From Azolla caroliniana (taxonomy: Eukaryota; Plantae; Polypodiophyta): 64,000 bases of DNA. The stretch is from assembly GCA_043228905.1 (NCBI GenBank), contig JBHGNT010000017.1:14384001-14448000 (forward strand), in the 5' to 3' direction. The first letter of the stretch is position 1. Each line of letters starts with the position of its first letter. A program made the translations under genes and the position numbers. Of the stretch, positions 14,501 to 27,231 are shown piece after piece. The notes under the pieces were generated by a model. It was not told the DNA's origin. It was given only the letters and a program-made list of their open reading frames with translations, and ran no database searches.

Positions 14501-15244
14501 AACGGCGATGATCACACTTCTCACGGAATTTCGCGATGTGTTCGCCTGGTCATACGAAGACATGCGAGGACTCGACCCTCAGTTATACCAGCATCAGGTT
14601 CACTTGAGCAAGCACGCAAAACTAGTGGCACAAAGACGGTACCGGATGAATCCCAATTATGCCGCCAAAGTTAAGGAGGAAATCGACAAATTGCTAAGAG
14701 TTGTCTTTATCCGTCCGGTAAATAAAGCGACATGGCTGAGCCTTATCGTAGTTGTACCGAAGAAGAACGGAAAAATTCGAGTTTGTGTGGACTACCGGAA
14801 ACTCAATGCAGCTACGGTAACGGATGCATTTCCACTTCCATTTACAGATGGAGTGTTGGATGCCGTCGCCGGCCATGAGGTCTATAGCTTCCTAGACGGA
14901 TTCAGCGGGTATAATCAGATCCGGATGCACCCCGACGACCAAGAGAAAACGGCTTTCGTCACCGAATGGGGGGTGTTTGTGGTCGTGGTGATGATGTTCG
15001 GACTCAAAACGGCACCGGCAACATTTCAACGAATCATCATGGAAATCTTTGGTGAATATATTCCAGCTTTTATGCAGGTTTTCCTTGACGATTTCGCCGT
15101 CTATAGCCGGGAGGAGGACCATTTTCAGCACCTCTGTCTTTGTCTAGAAAAGTGTAGAGCGTACCGGCTAAGCTTGAAGCACCAGCGCCGGCAACGGCAA
15201 AGGCATTAAGCTGGTTCTTAGGCCAGATCCGGTGGCACAGCCGG

Positions 15245-17248
15245 ATGCTCCAATACTTGGCCGACCTGGCTACGCCGTTGCATGCCGCCGTACATCGGAC
15301 ACCATTCCAGTGGACCGACACCGAGGATAGGGCGTATAGGGCCCTCAAGGTACTATTGTCGCAAGCACCGGTGGTGCAGCCTCCGGATTGGAGTAAAGAA
15401 TTTCATGTGTTCGTGGACGCCTCCGACATCGCAATCGGAAGCGTATTGATGCAACTTACGGAGCCAAAGTGGTACCGGCCAGTGTACTATGCCAGCCGAA
15501 AGCTATCCCAAGCAGAACGGAACTACTCTACCACGGAACGGGAAGCTCTAGGAATGATCTACAGTGTGACAAAGTTTCGGCATTATTTATTGGGAAGGAA
15601 GTTTTCCTTCCATGTAGATCATTCGGCACTCCTTTACCTGGTGTCCAAAGCGTCACTCACTGGCAAATTGGCCCGGTGGACCTTACTATTACAGGAATTT
15701 GAGTTTGAAATATTCCACCGACCCAGTATACAGCATGCCGTGGCGGATTACTTAAGCCGATTAGAGTCTGGAGAGACGGGTGATGGAGTAGCCGATGAGT
15801 TTCCGGATGCCGAGTTGTTTCGAGTCACTACGGAAACAATAGCAGATGAGACGATGGCACAGGAAGACAAGTGGCTCACAAACATGCACCAGTTTCTGAG
15901 CACAGGACTGCCTCCGGAAGAGATGAACCAGGACGAACGGAAACGCCTGGCGGTGCAAAGCCGACATTTCTGCTTACTGCAAGACACACTTTACCACAAG
16001 GGCGCGGACGGCATATGGAGACGAGCTGTGCGCAGCGATGAAAAGGACCTGATACTGAGGGAAGCCCACTGCAGAGTTGCCGGAGGTCACTATGCCGGAG
16101 ATGCGACGGCCAGGAAAATATGGCAAAGTGGCCTATGGTGGCCAACGACATTAAGAGATGCGGTACGGTACGCAAAAGAATGTGACCTATGCCAGCCAAC
16201 GGAGCAGGCTCGTATGCCACACCAGCCGGTACTACCACTCGAGCCATTCCAGAAGTGGGGGCTGGACTTTGTTGGACCGTTCAAACCACCAGCAATGAGA
16301 ACGGGTAATCGGTACGTCATCGTCGCGACAGATTACTGCACGAAATGGGTGGAGGCCAAAGCCTTAAGAGACAACATTGCTGCGTCAACGGCGAAATTTC
16401 TATACGAGTACATCTGGTGCCGTTACGGATGCCCAATCGAATTAATAAGCGACCAAGGGGGGCACTTTCTCGGCCAAGTAGTTGAAAGCCTAACGACATT
16501 CTATGCCGTTGTCCATAAACGGAGCACACCTTACTATCCGCAAGCGAACGGTTTAGCGGAATCGACGAACAAAACGCTCCAGAATATCCTCCGGAAGATC
16601 ATCAACGAAAACCGAACGGATTGGGATACCAAGCTACATAGCGCGCTTTGGGCATACCGGACGACATACAAAACGAGCATCCGAACAACACCGTTCCGGT
16701 TAGTGTTCGGACTAGAGGCGGTAATGCCGGTGGAATTCCAAGTACCCAGCTTACGGATCCAGCTACGGGAACGGCTGAACAAGAAGGAGTCGGAGGCAAT
16801 ACGGTTAACAGCGCTGTGTGAACTCGAGGAACAACGACTGGCAAGCATCCTGCACTTAGAATTGGAGCAACGGCGATGGAAAGCATTTGTCGACCGGCAC
16901 AGGAAAGGAAACGAAAAAATGTTCGCAATCGGCAAACCGGTGTTAGTATTTCAGACCCGGATGGGCAAGATGCCGGGTAAATTACGGTTTAGATGGACCG
17001 GACCGTATTGGCTAACACGTGAGTATAATGGGTCCTACCAGTTAGGGACACTTGCCGGCGAAGTGCTAGGCAAATGGGTCAACGGATTCCGATTGAAGCC
17101 ATATAGAGGACTGATACCTAAGAACCCATTTGACCAAAGGACCGACACCGATGAGGGAAACGGCAACCACCAAGAAAACAGAGATGGCGAGCCGGTAACT
17201 GGGGAGAATGAGGCCGATAAGGGTCCGAGAGGACCAACGGACAAGTAA
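15245..17248 (+). pseudogene. G2 RNase H-integrase
   Basis: HHCC finger (H..GGH..C..C), WGLDFVGP, ISDQG, QANGLAE and a GPY motif. Detached from RT by a frameshifting deletion at ~15177. Confidence 0.93.
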
Positions 17249-18223
17249 CGTCACACTAATAATAATAATAATAATCAAAAAAAAAATAAAAACAACAACG
17301 AAGTAATCATGCAAAAGCGAGGAGCGAAAATGTACGTAGTGGGCATTTAAAGCGCCACCACAGGACATAATGCTATTTTAGTACACGACGTGCACACACT
17401 CGAAAAAGGCGCCAGAATGCACAGAGAAACCACTGCGCGTGGAGACCCTTTACTTTCGCGAACCCAGGAGCACAGAAGCACCAAGGCGCTGCAAGATCAT
17501 CAGAAGAGAACCTACGCACAGAGAACCCCCGCCTTCTGAACTCTCTCTCTCTCAATCTCACTCTCATCACCATCCAACCTCGCCACCGCAATCTGACCTC
17601 GACACAGACATGGACCCGCAAACGCTGTCGGAAGCCGCCAAGACATGGCTAAAGCAACACGGGCTCGAGGGCTTCTTGATGATGATGGAAGTACCGCCAC
17701 ACAAAGAAGCCGACAAGGTGATCAAAGAAATCGACACAGAGGTCATAACGGCGGAGGCGATTTGAGCGTTAACAGGCCTTCCGAAGGGAGGCATACTCAC
17801 GATTGACAATCCGACCCCGGAGCAACTCATCAGGTATTTTGGTGAGTACTCCCTAGCCAGCAAGGGCTACCAGACACAGGGCGGCGGAGATATGTTGTTC
17901 CGCGAGATTGCTCGTGTGCTCCACGAATACGGCCATGTGTACCCTAGACCCCCTGTCATGCCGCAGAACCGGGCAGGGATGATCATCGCCACCTATGAAG
18001 GGATCAAGGTGGATTGGCCGGTATTGATCGCAGACGGGTTGTGTGCGGCGATCGAGATCGTCAGAGGCTAAGACAGCAAAGAAGGTCGAGACGGATGGAG
18101 GATATGGCATGCCGTAACGTAGTGGCTCACCTTGCTTGTGCCACCCGTCCAGCCCGTCCAGCCCAAGAAGCGAGGAAGAGTGGCAGACGGCACCCCAAAG
18201 ACGGCTTCCAAACGACAACAGTT

Positions 18224-18685
18224 GTTGGCCTCTAAGGCCACTAAGGGGCAGGCGGCGGACGCAGAACAAGCGGGAAAGGAGAGCGGCAGCCGGAAGCGAC
18301 CAACGGATGCGTAGGAGGAACCACCGACACGGCCCGTAAAGGTTACACTCCGCCAACCGGTGAATAGAGAAGCGGACCCCTTGGCGGAAAAACTCAATGC
18401 CGGGACTCAGGAAGAGGAAATAGAGGAGGAGCCTACGGAGCACCTCCAGCGACGGTTGGCCTCTAAGGCCACTAAGGGGCAGGCGGCGGACACAGAACAA
18501 GCGGGAAAGGAGAGCGGCAGCCGGAAGCGACCAACGGATGCGTAGGAGGAACCACCGACACGGCCCGTAAAGGTTACACTCCGCCAACCGGTGAATAGAG
18601 AAGCGGACCCCTTGGCAGAAAAACTCAATGCCGGGACTCAGGAAGAGGAAATAGAGGAGGAGCCTACGGAGCACCTCCAGCGACG
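18224..18685 (+). repeat. 231-bp tandem duplication
   Basis: GTTGGCCTCTAAGGCC... at 18224 and 18455; copies near-identical. Confidence 0.95.
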
Positions 18686-19957
18686 GTCGTCGGCAAGGAC
18701 CGTTGAGGCAGTCGGGAAACGTTCGGACCCTCAGATGGAGGGAACACCGGCTCCCCATACTGAGACTCCTACGCCAAGGGAGGAACCGGAACCGGTGCGT
18801 ATGGCACCGGAATCAGAAGCCCCGGCACCACCGGCAACACCGGCAACACCGGCAAGTCCCATCCCGCCAGAACCGGAAAGGTCAATGCAGCCTCCCTCGG
18901 CCAACCAAGAAGAAGCGCAAGGGGAACCAAGACAGCAGGGTGGTCCACGGGCAGAAACGGAATTGCAACTCGGCGCAACCAGGCGGAACCACCCATCTAC
19001 AAGTGAGCCCATCTGTCAAACCTCCGTGCAAGCACAACAATGCAACGGTAGCCTGTGGCTCCGATGGATAGGCGAACAAATAGCCGGAGCAGTGGGGTAT
19101 ATTGAGGCGGAAGAAAGAGCGCAAAGCGAACGGTTGCTCGTCACAACCGAACAACTAGAGATGGCCCGGTCCAGAATCCGGTGCCTTGAAAAAGACTTGG
19201 ATAAGGTCACAACAGAGATGGCCAAAATGGCCTTAACAGCAACACAGATCCAATCACCGGTGACTCCGGTAAGTGTATAGAATAAAGAAACGGATCGACC
19301 TGTACATACCAATAAGACCCCGGCAACGGAAACCGTTCCGGCAAGAGATGCGGCGCAAGCCTAGGAGCTTGCGGAATTGAGAGATGAACTTGCCGCACAA
19401 GAAGCGCTAAGGAGCCATGAACGGGAATTGAAGACAGTGGCTGAAGCCGAATTAAAGAAGACTGCTGAGAACCTCCGCCAGGCAGAGGAGAGCCTCCGGA
19501 AAGGCCATCAAGCGTACGACCGGCTAAGGGAGGAAAAAGACAAAGTGCTGCAGGAAAAGGACAAGCTGCGGAAGATGGCGGAAACGGAAATTGAACGGCT
19601 AAAGGAAGAGCTCCGCCAGCAGAAGGACCGCGAGGACCGGGCCCGTCGACAGATCAACGCACGGCTCAAGCAAAAGACAGATGATTTTGAGCACTTGCAC
19701 CGGGACTACAAACAGTTGGAAACGGAGCATAAAGAACGGATGGCCGAGCTCCAGCAGGAAGTTGATCTGGCCGCGACGGCAATCGCCGACGAACGTGCGG
19801 AAAATACAAGACGCTTGGACGAGGCGAAGAAGGTTCGGATGGAGCTCCAGAGGCAGCAATAGGAAGAAAAGGAGAGAGCGTCAACGGTATTGCAGAAATT
19901 ACAAAGCACATATCAAAGGCAATTGATGCATTACAAGGAGCAGGCGGAAGACAACGT

Positions 19958-20660
19958 TGTCGTAGTGTATTCCACACACTACGTGAAAACCATAAAATAA
20001 TATATCCAAGTTTAGATACATATAAATAAATAAATAATATATCAAAATACTTATCACGTGCATAGGGCAGGATTCAAACCTTGCACCTCCACGTAGATAA
20101 ACCTCAACTTTACCATTGTAATAACTTATCTTTAGTGTTATACATATAGATTTAATACGTATAAGACCTTTATTTACATATACCTTTATTAAAAGGTAAA
20201 AATCATGTATTCTTTAGGGTGTGAATATTTTATTTACACGTGACATTAAAAGTGACTCATGCACATCTAGCGTGCATGAGCCCTATACTTAGGAAATGAC
20301 AAAGCATCACATGCACATTTAGTGTGCATGGACACTTTTGGTGAAAAAGCATGAAGCCATGCTTAGCCTCTTCCATCTTTATATAAGGAGGAGAGAAATA
20401 TGTATAAGGTTGTTGATTAATATACAAGGATTGATCAATCTAATATATTCGTGGGATTCACGAATTTTGCCATCTAAATTACTCTTATAATCTAAATATT
20501 GTTTTAAAAACACTAAACTCGTGGGATTCATGAGATTGCTATCTTACTTCTCTTTCTACTATTCATAACTAGCCTTAAGTTGTATTCCTCTTCTCCTAGT
20601 CCAAAACCTCGGCGGTTCCCACCCGACTCACGAAACGATCCGGAGTCGAAAGGCACGACA
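19958..20660 (+). mobile_element. Solo-LTR-like element S1 (703 bp), TGTCGT...ACGACA, TSD ACGT
   Basis: AT-rich insert flanked by ACGT at 19954-19957 and 20661-20664; homologous to 33595-34360. Confidence 0.9.
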
Positions 20661-21394
20661 ACGTCAAAATTATCAAGCAACTGAAGGAGGAACGGCAAGC
20701 GGCGGAAACCAAATCGCAATTGGGAACGGGCCGGATTCAGTCCATCCTTCGGGCATGGCTGAATCAGACAAAACACTTGATTGACGAAAGCTCCGTAAGA
20801 TGGTGGACAAAGTGGGCACAAAACGCGGCGGAACTCCAATTGCTACGGGCAGACGTGGCAAACCGGCGGAAGGAAGGAGATGATTGTTATACGTTGACTT
20901 CCGAGGACTTCACCGCCATACGGGACGAGCTGGCCGACGACTTCCAAGTCCTGGCGGATGAACAGCTGGCACAGGTCAGGCACCTCGTAGCTCAGCTAGA
21001 CGATGATAGGTTGGACGCTCAAATCCAGTTTGAAAGCTACAAGCGGTCCTGGGTTCGGGAAGAAAAGGCACGGGCAGCGACAACGGTTAACCTTAGTGAT
21101 GAGGAACCGTCGCCGGCTGAGGGCCAGCCCGGAACCAGTCAACCGGAGACCACTACGATGGAGGGAGCAACGACGGAGACGCCAGTGTCAGAGCAACAAA
21201 CGGAGAAGCAGCCGCAGCAGCCAACAACGGACCTGTCGCAGCAAACATCAATAGAGCAACAACAACAACAACAACCAATTCCGGATGAACCATTGGAGAC
21301 TCTCAAACAAAGCATTCTGGATATTTTGGACGAAGAATAGCAAGGGTCGGTTGTGGATTCGACGTACAAGGTACTGTCCCACGGGCGTGCCATG

Positions 21395-21825
21395 TGTTAC
21401 CGGCCGGCAAAGGAGTCCAGAGTGTGAAATGGGGAGTTATTTAATTAGTAGGAATGGTTGTAAGTAAGCTATGAGTGTGGACGAACGGACCGGAATCGGT
21501 ATGCCGTTCCGGATCCGAACCGATCCCGAACATGTGCGGATGGCACCGTTTTGTAATACAGACCAGAAACCTATTTAAAGGCCCGGATACAATGATGAAT
21601 AGCGGTTAATTAATAAAGCTTAGTGTTGTTATCTCTCTGTGTTAATTGCCGTTCTGCATTCATTGTTATATCTTACGCGTGTGATTATTAAAGACGATCA
21701 TGCTAAGTAACCTAATTAAGTCGGATTAAGCATTGAGTCTAATCCTGTTGCCGTAACACCCCTTTGGTGAAGTGTCTTCCGTAGACACCCTGTGTTAGGC
21801 CATTGTCCGGCCCTAAGAGTTAACA
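21395..21825 (+). repeat. 3' LTR of G2
   Basis: Matches the 5' LTR and is followed by TSD ACGTT. Confidence 0.97.
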
Positions 21826-24162
21826 ACGTTTTGGACTGAGGCGTTGGCAACAGCGGCGTACATGATAAACAGATCACCCTCAGTACCCTTGGACAAAGAC
21901 ACGCCGCAGAGAGTGTGGACCGGTAAGGAAGTGTCTTACCGGCATCTGAAGGTGTTCGGGTGTCTCGCTTACGTGCATGTTGCAAAGGACCAGAGAGGAA
22001 AGTTAGATCCAAAGACCCGGCCATGCATATTCCTCGGATACGGCGATGATGAGTTCGGCTACCGAGTGTGGGACCCGGTCGACAAGAACGTATTCCGGAG
22101 TCGAGATATTATCTTCATAGATGACAAAACTCTTCCCGACTGGGAGTCAGAGAAGAAGATAATGAACTCTGAGTCGACCGGTAAGGATAAATTTGGTGAG
22201 ATGCAGTCCCAACCGGCAAGGAGCCAGTTAACACTCGAATAACTGGCCAATTACGGTGAGGATACCGAACCGGCAGAAGAAGAAGAAGTAGTAGAAACTG
22301 GAACCAACCAAGACCCCGAATCGGATTCGGATGAAGAACAAATGGAGGAGTCGGTTACCGAAGCTCAATGACGCAGATATCCTCTCATAGAGAGAAGGGC
22401 CCCCCGGAGATTTCCAGATGCAGAGCGCGTGTTGCTAACCGATGAGGGGGAGCCAGAAAGCTTCGAAGAAGCAAAGGAAGACACCCATAGCCACAAGTGG
22501 TTAAGTACCATGCAGGATGAGATGGATTCCCTGCATGAAAACCACACATATGAATTGGTGGAGTTGTTGAAAGGAGAGCGGGCACTCTGTAACATGTGGG
22601 TGTATAAGTTGAAACCGGGAGATGCCAGCAACCCCCCGAGATACAAGGCTCGGATCGTGGTGAAGGGGTTCCAACAAAAGAAGGGAGTGGACTTCGATGA
22701 GATATTCGCCCCGGTAGTAAAGATGACTTCCATCCGGACGGTACTGAGTATAGCAGCAGCTAGAGCAGCTAGACGTGAAGACGGCGTTCCTTCACGGAGA
22801 CCTCGAAGAAGAGATCTACATGCAACAACTGGAAGGATTTGTGAAGAAAGGGAAGGAGAACTTGGTTTGCCGGTTGAAGAAGAGCCTATACGGATTGAAA
22901 CAAGCTCCCCGGCAATGTTACCGGAAGTTCGACTCCTTCATGACCGATCAAGGGTACCACAAAACACAGGCCGATCACTGCGTGTTTGTGAAGAAATTCG
23001 AAGGAGGCGACTTCTTGATATTGCTCCTATATGTGGATGACAGGTTGATCGTCGCACGGGACCAAGCGAAGATTCGGATGCTGAAGAAGGCCCTTAACCG
23101 GACCTTCTCAATGAAAGACTTGGGTCCGGCAAGACAGATACTGGGGATGCATATCATCCGGGACCGGTCAAAGAAGCATTTGTGCCTGTCACAGGAGAAG
23201 TACGTGACAAAGGTGCTTTAGCGGGTCAACATGTCAGAGGCAAAATCGGTCGGATCGACACTCCCGGCAAACTGCAGATTATCTGGTAAGCAAAGTCCGA
23301 AGACGAAAGCAGAGAAGGCGGATATGATGAAGATACCATATGCCTATGTTGTCGGGAGCTTAATGTATGCAATGGTGTGTACCCGACCGGATATTGGATA
23401 CGCGGTCGGAGTGGTGAGCTAGTACATGAGCAATCCCGACAAGGAGCACTGGAATGCGGTAAAGTGGATACTCTGGTACTTGAAGGGCACTTCGAATATG
23501 TGCCTCCAATTCGGCTTCGGTAAACCCCAACTCAACGAATACATGGATTCAGACGTGTCGGCTGATGCGGATACCAGCCGGTCCACATTCGGTTCCGTCA
23601 TAACCTATGCAGGGGGAGCTGTTTCTTGGCAACTGAGGCTGCAGAAGACGGTTGCACTGTCAACCATGGAAGCGGAGTACATGGCAACTGTGGAAGCCAG
23701 CAAGGAAATACTATGGATGAAGGACTTCATCGGAGAGCTAGGGATGCGACAAGAGGAATATTGGCTCTATTGCGAAAGTTGTCATCCACCTTGCAAAGAA
23801 TGTTGCGTACCATTCCAGGACAAAGCACATCCAACGAAGGTATCATTAGATTCGGGAGCGAGTTGAAGATCGAGATTTCGTGTTGACAAAGATCCACACG
23901 GAGGAGAACGGGTCAGATATGTTGACCAAGGTGCTAACACCCAACAAGCTGCACGCGTGCCGAAAGCATATCGGACTGACCAGATATCCCATGTCGAAGT
24001 GAAGGGGGCAATTGTTGGGATTTCGGTCCCTCCGGATGGGATATAAGTACCCGACAAGGAAGACCCGGTGAGAACTGGATGATGCAGGCCCGGTGAGAAC
24101 CCCTCACCGGATGAAGGGACATATATGTAAATATGTTCCAGAGAGCCCATTGGGGCTATATT

Positions 24163-25690
24163 TGTAAGTAGTCCTAAAGTCATATTAGTATAAATATGAC
24201 CTAGGGCAAACAGTTTAGTTGTTGTTTCCATTGATCACAAGACCCTTGAGGTTCATATTGGGATTCAAGAAGAGCATGTTAAAACTTTCTATATTTTATT
24301 ATCTTCAAAATGAGGTATCGTCAAGTGAAAACATAAAATGTTAGATATTGTTTGACTAACCAGTGTAAGGGTTAGGACTGATGATCTCAATAGGGCTAAG
24401 GAAGGATTCACCCTAGTATAGGCCCTTTAGATCCAATAGTGGAGCTATCGTAGAAAAGATAGAGAGAGAGAGGAGTTGGAGGAGCTCACCTTTTAAGCGA
24501 GGTCCATTTTTTTTAAACTTATCTTTTATATGTATGACCCATTTAGGGTTGGTCAAGTTCACACTGAACTTGGCCCAAAAATAACGAAATGGTGATGAGT
24601 GACTTTTGGCCTTTATAAATAGGCCTATATACATGTACACACTATAAGGGGGTCATTTAGGCCTTTACCTCAACAACCTCCCACTTAAAGGCATAAATGA
24701 CGCCTTTAAGCTACGTGACTCCCACCATTTGTATACATATTTGATGTTGTGCTTTGGGTAAGCACTTGGTCAGTACATCCGCAGGGTTCTGTGATGTGTG
24801 GACCTTTATCAATGTGATAAGGCCATCCTCAAGCACTTCTCGAATGAAGTGATATCGCACATCAATATGTTTTGTGTGTGCATGAAACATAGCATTCTTT
24901 GCCAAACAGATGCACTCTGGCTATCACAACCAAGAATAGGTGCCTTTTCAGGCAAACCAAACTCACTACATAGACGTGCTAACCATATTGCTTCCTTGGA
25001 AGCCTCGGTGGCTGAGATATATTCTGCCTCAGTAGTGGACAAAGCAACAGCCTTTTGCAGCCTACTAGACCATGATACAACACCACCTGCAAGTGTGAAT
25101 ACATAGCCACTTGTGGATTTCCGTGTATCCACATCACCTGCCATGTTAGCGTCACAGAAACCCTTCAGCTCTAATGGGCCTTTTCCATAATAGAGGCATT
25201 TATTTTTAGTACCTTTTAAGTACCTCATAATGGACTTTACTGCATTCCAATGTGCCTTGCCCGAATTAGCCATGAATCGGCTTACAACTCCCACTGCATA
25301 GGCAATATCAGGTCTAGTAGCAACCATAGCATACATAAGTGAACCACAAGTTGAAGCGTAAGGTACACCTTGCATGTCATTGATTGCTTCTTGTGTCTTA
25401 GGAAAATCTTCCTCAAAGACTTTATCATATGGCTGTAAAGGCACTCCTAGAGGCTTTGCATCAGCCATACAAAATCTGTCCAGCACCTTGTCAATGTATT
25501 TTTCTTGAGATAAATACAATGTGTGTTGCTCCCTTTGTCTCCTAATTCTTACTCCAAGTACATGTTCAGCTTCCCAAGGTCTTTCATTGAAAATGCAGAT
25601 TTCAGTTGCTTTTTAAGGACATCAACAGTGCTCCTTTTCTTGGCAGTAATGAGCATATCATCTACATATAGTACAAGAATGATTGGGTAA
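24163..25690 (-). mobile_element. Ty1/Copia element C, 3' fragment (RT-RNase H, PPT, 3' LTR)
   Basis: LYVDDML, GSLMYAMVATRPD, STTEAEY and KHIDVRYH on the minus strand. PPT AAGTGGGAGG is followed by an LTR starting TGTTGAGG at 24675; the left LTR end at ~24163 is tentative. Confidence 0.85.
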
Positions 25691-27135
25691 TGTAGCCTAC
25701 CTTTCGAATGGCAGGGTACATGCGAGCGACACGTGAAGATTGCTCGACACGAATTTCGGACGAGGTGGCATGAAGAGGCTAACAAAAGAAGCTGCGGCCC
25801 GGCACGTCGAAGTCGTCCACTATTCGGCTTCAGTCGGCATACGCGTAGGGGAGAAGACGACCAAACCTGATTCCAAATCTGGGTTCTGGTCGGTCGTTCT
25901 CGAGACCTTGTCCGGAGGAAGGCTGCAGAAGGAGGAAGCGGAGCACGCAGAAGAACGTGTTCGCAAAGTTACCGGGTGGAGCGACCCCGTTGAAGAAAGC
26001 ACCGGCTTTGTGGAGGCCGCGTGCAGAAACTACGAAGCCCTGATTGACGAAAGGCGAGCGGGAAAAACCGAGGGAGCAGGCCCATCGGGGAGGCAAGACA
26101 CACAAAGCGCAACCAAAAAGCTCAGAATCCCAGGAGAAGGAGAAGGGCAGGATTCCGAGCTTCCACTTAAGCTCGGAGATAAAGAAAACAACGAACCTAC
26201 AAAAGGTTCTAGAGGATCGAGTTCTCGACAATTGCATAGAATTCACGCTTAGGGAAGTGCTCAGCATAGCAAGAAGGGAGTTCCACGACAACATCGTGGA
26301 CCTCGTGAAGAGGAAGCGTCTCGCAACGGAACCGGAGCCCGAGAAGCCGGTTGAGGTAAGGGCGGCACTCCTCGATGAGATAGCCGTGGAAGACGAGCTC
26401 ATGGAGAGCCACTACGCCAAACCGCACTGGGCAAGAGCTACTACAGAAACCCCGGTTCGTATCGGGAATGTCAAGGAACCGGTGGTGGCATTAATCGACC
26501 ACGGGTCGGAAATTAACCTGATGTCCATGGACTTCTACAAAAAGGGGAATTGGTCGATCAATACCAAACATGGGTGGAAGATATGCGTGGCTACAAAAGC
26601 CACAGAAGAGTGACACGGGGCTTGCCCGAACGTCAGGGTGAGCGTCGGGGACGTCGACATAAACCAACACTTTTTGTGCAAGAGACGTCCTCTCACCCGG
26701 TCATCCTTGGGGAGCCATACATCACGGTGGCTAGAATGGAAACGAAAGTGTTGGACAATGGTTTAGCCTATGCGAGGGTAAAAAGTCAGGACGGCCGCCA
26801 CTCCGTTCAATTTTTGACCGTTCGGAAGAACCACGAACAAAATCGGGACACCCTCGGAAATGATAACAACCCGGATTTTTAAAAAGGGCTATGAAGGCGT
26901 GGGACCGCGATAGTCCGGATAACCAGAAAGCTCCCCACACCTGTACCATAGGTAGGAAATTTTGGTTCTCCGGAAGCGGAGGTTGTACGATAACCGGCGT
27001 AGCTGGCTGGGAAAAGAAGTGGGCGGAGGAGCGACTTTGGGCATGCAGAGTCCTCGGCCCTGAAGAGGAAATCAACGGAGCCGTGGAGGCGGTCTCTTTC
27101 GACGACACCTTGGGGGAGTTACGGGAGGTGCTCGG

Positions 27136-27191
27136 TGTCGTGACTTGAGAATAGGAGAGAGAAAAAATAAGATGACAGTAGAAGGTAGAGG

Positions 27192-27231
<40 letters not shown>

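Larger units (their letters stand above)
17610..21340 (+). pseudogene. Extra 3' ORF of G2 (globular N-terminus, low-complexity middle, long coiled coil), interrupted at 19958-20660
   Basis: Consecutive sense ORFs after pol with an E/K/R/Q-rich heptad-like region at 19377-19950. Coding-like sequence resumes after the insertion. Confidence 0.75.
11134..21825 (+). mobile_element. Full-length Gypsy G2 (same family as G1) with 5-bp TSD ACGTT
   Basis: LTRs 11134-11566 and 21395-21825 (about 7 substitutions plus a 2-bp indel by eye). TSD ACGTT at 11129-11133 and 21826-21830. Gag-PR-RT-RH-INT 11620-17248 with stops; no chromodomain or extra RNase H seen. Confidence 0.97.
9953..24162 (+). mobile_element. 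Ty1/Copia element B, decayed, split by G2 (own sequence 9953-11133 and 21831-~24162)
   Basis: Gag knuckle, protease WVVDSG, and integrase reading KLPKT|FWTEALATAAY across the G2 insertion. RT/RNase H fragments 22429-23990, PPT GAAGGGGG at ~24001, 3' LTR starting TGTTGGG at 24013 and apparently truncated near 24162. Confidence 0.88.

Noticed and set aside
17853-18758. 301-aa antisense ORF and the many other short antisense ORFs in TE regions
   Set aside because: Shadow frames of GC-rich retroelement coding sequence and of the 231-bp duplication.
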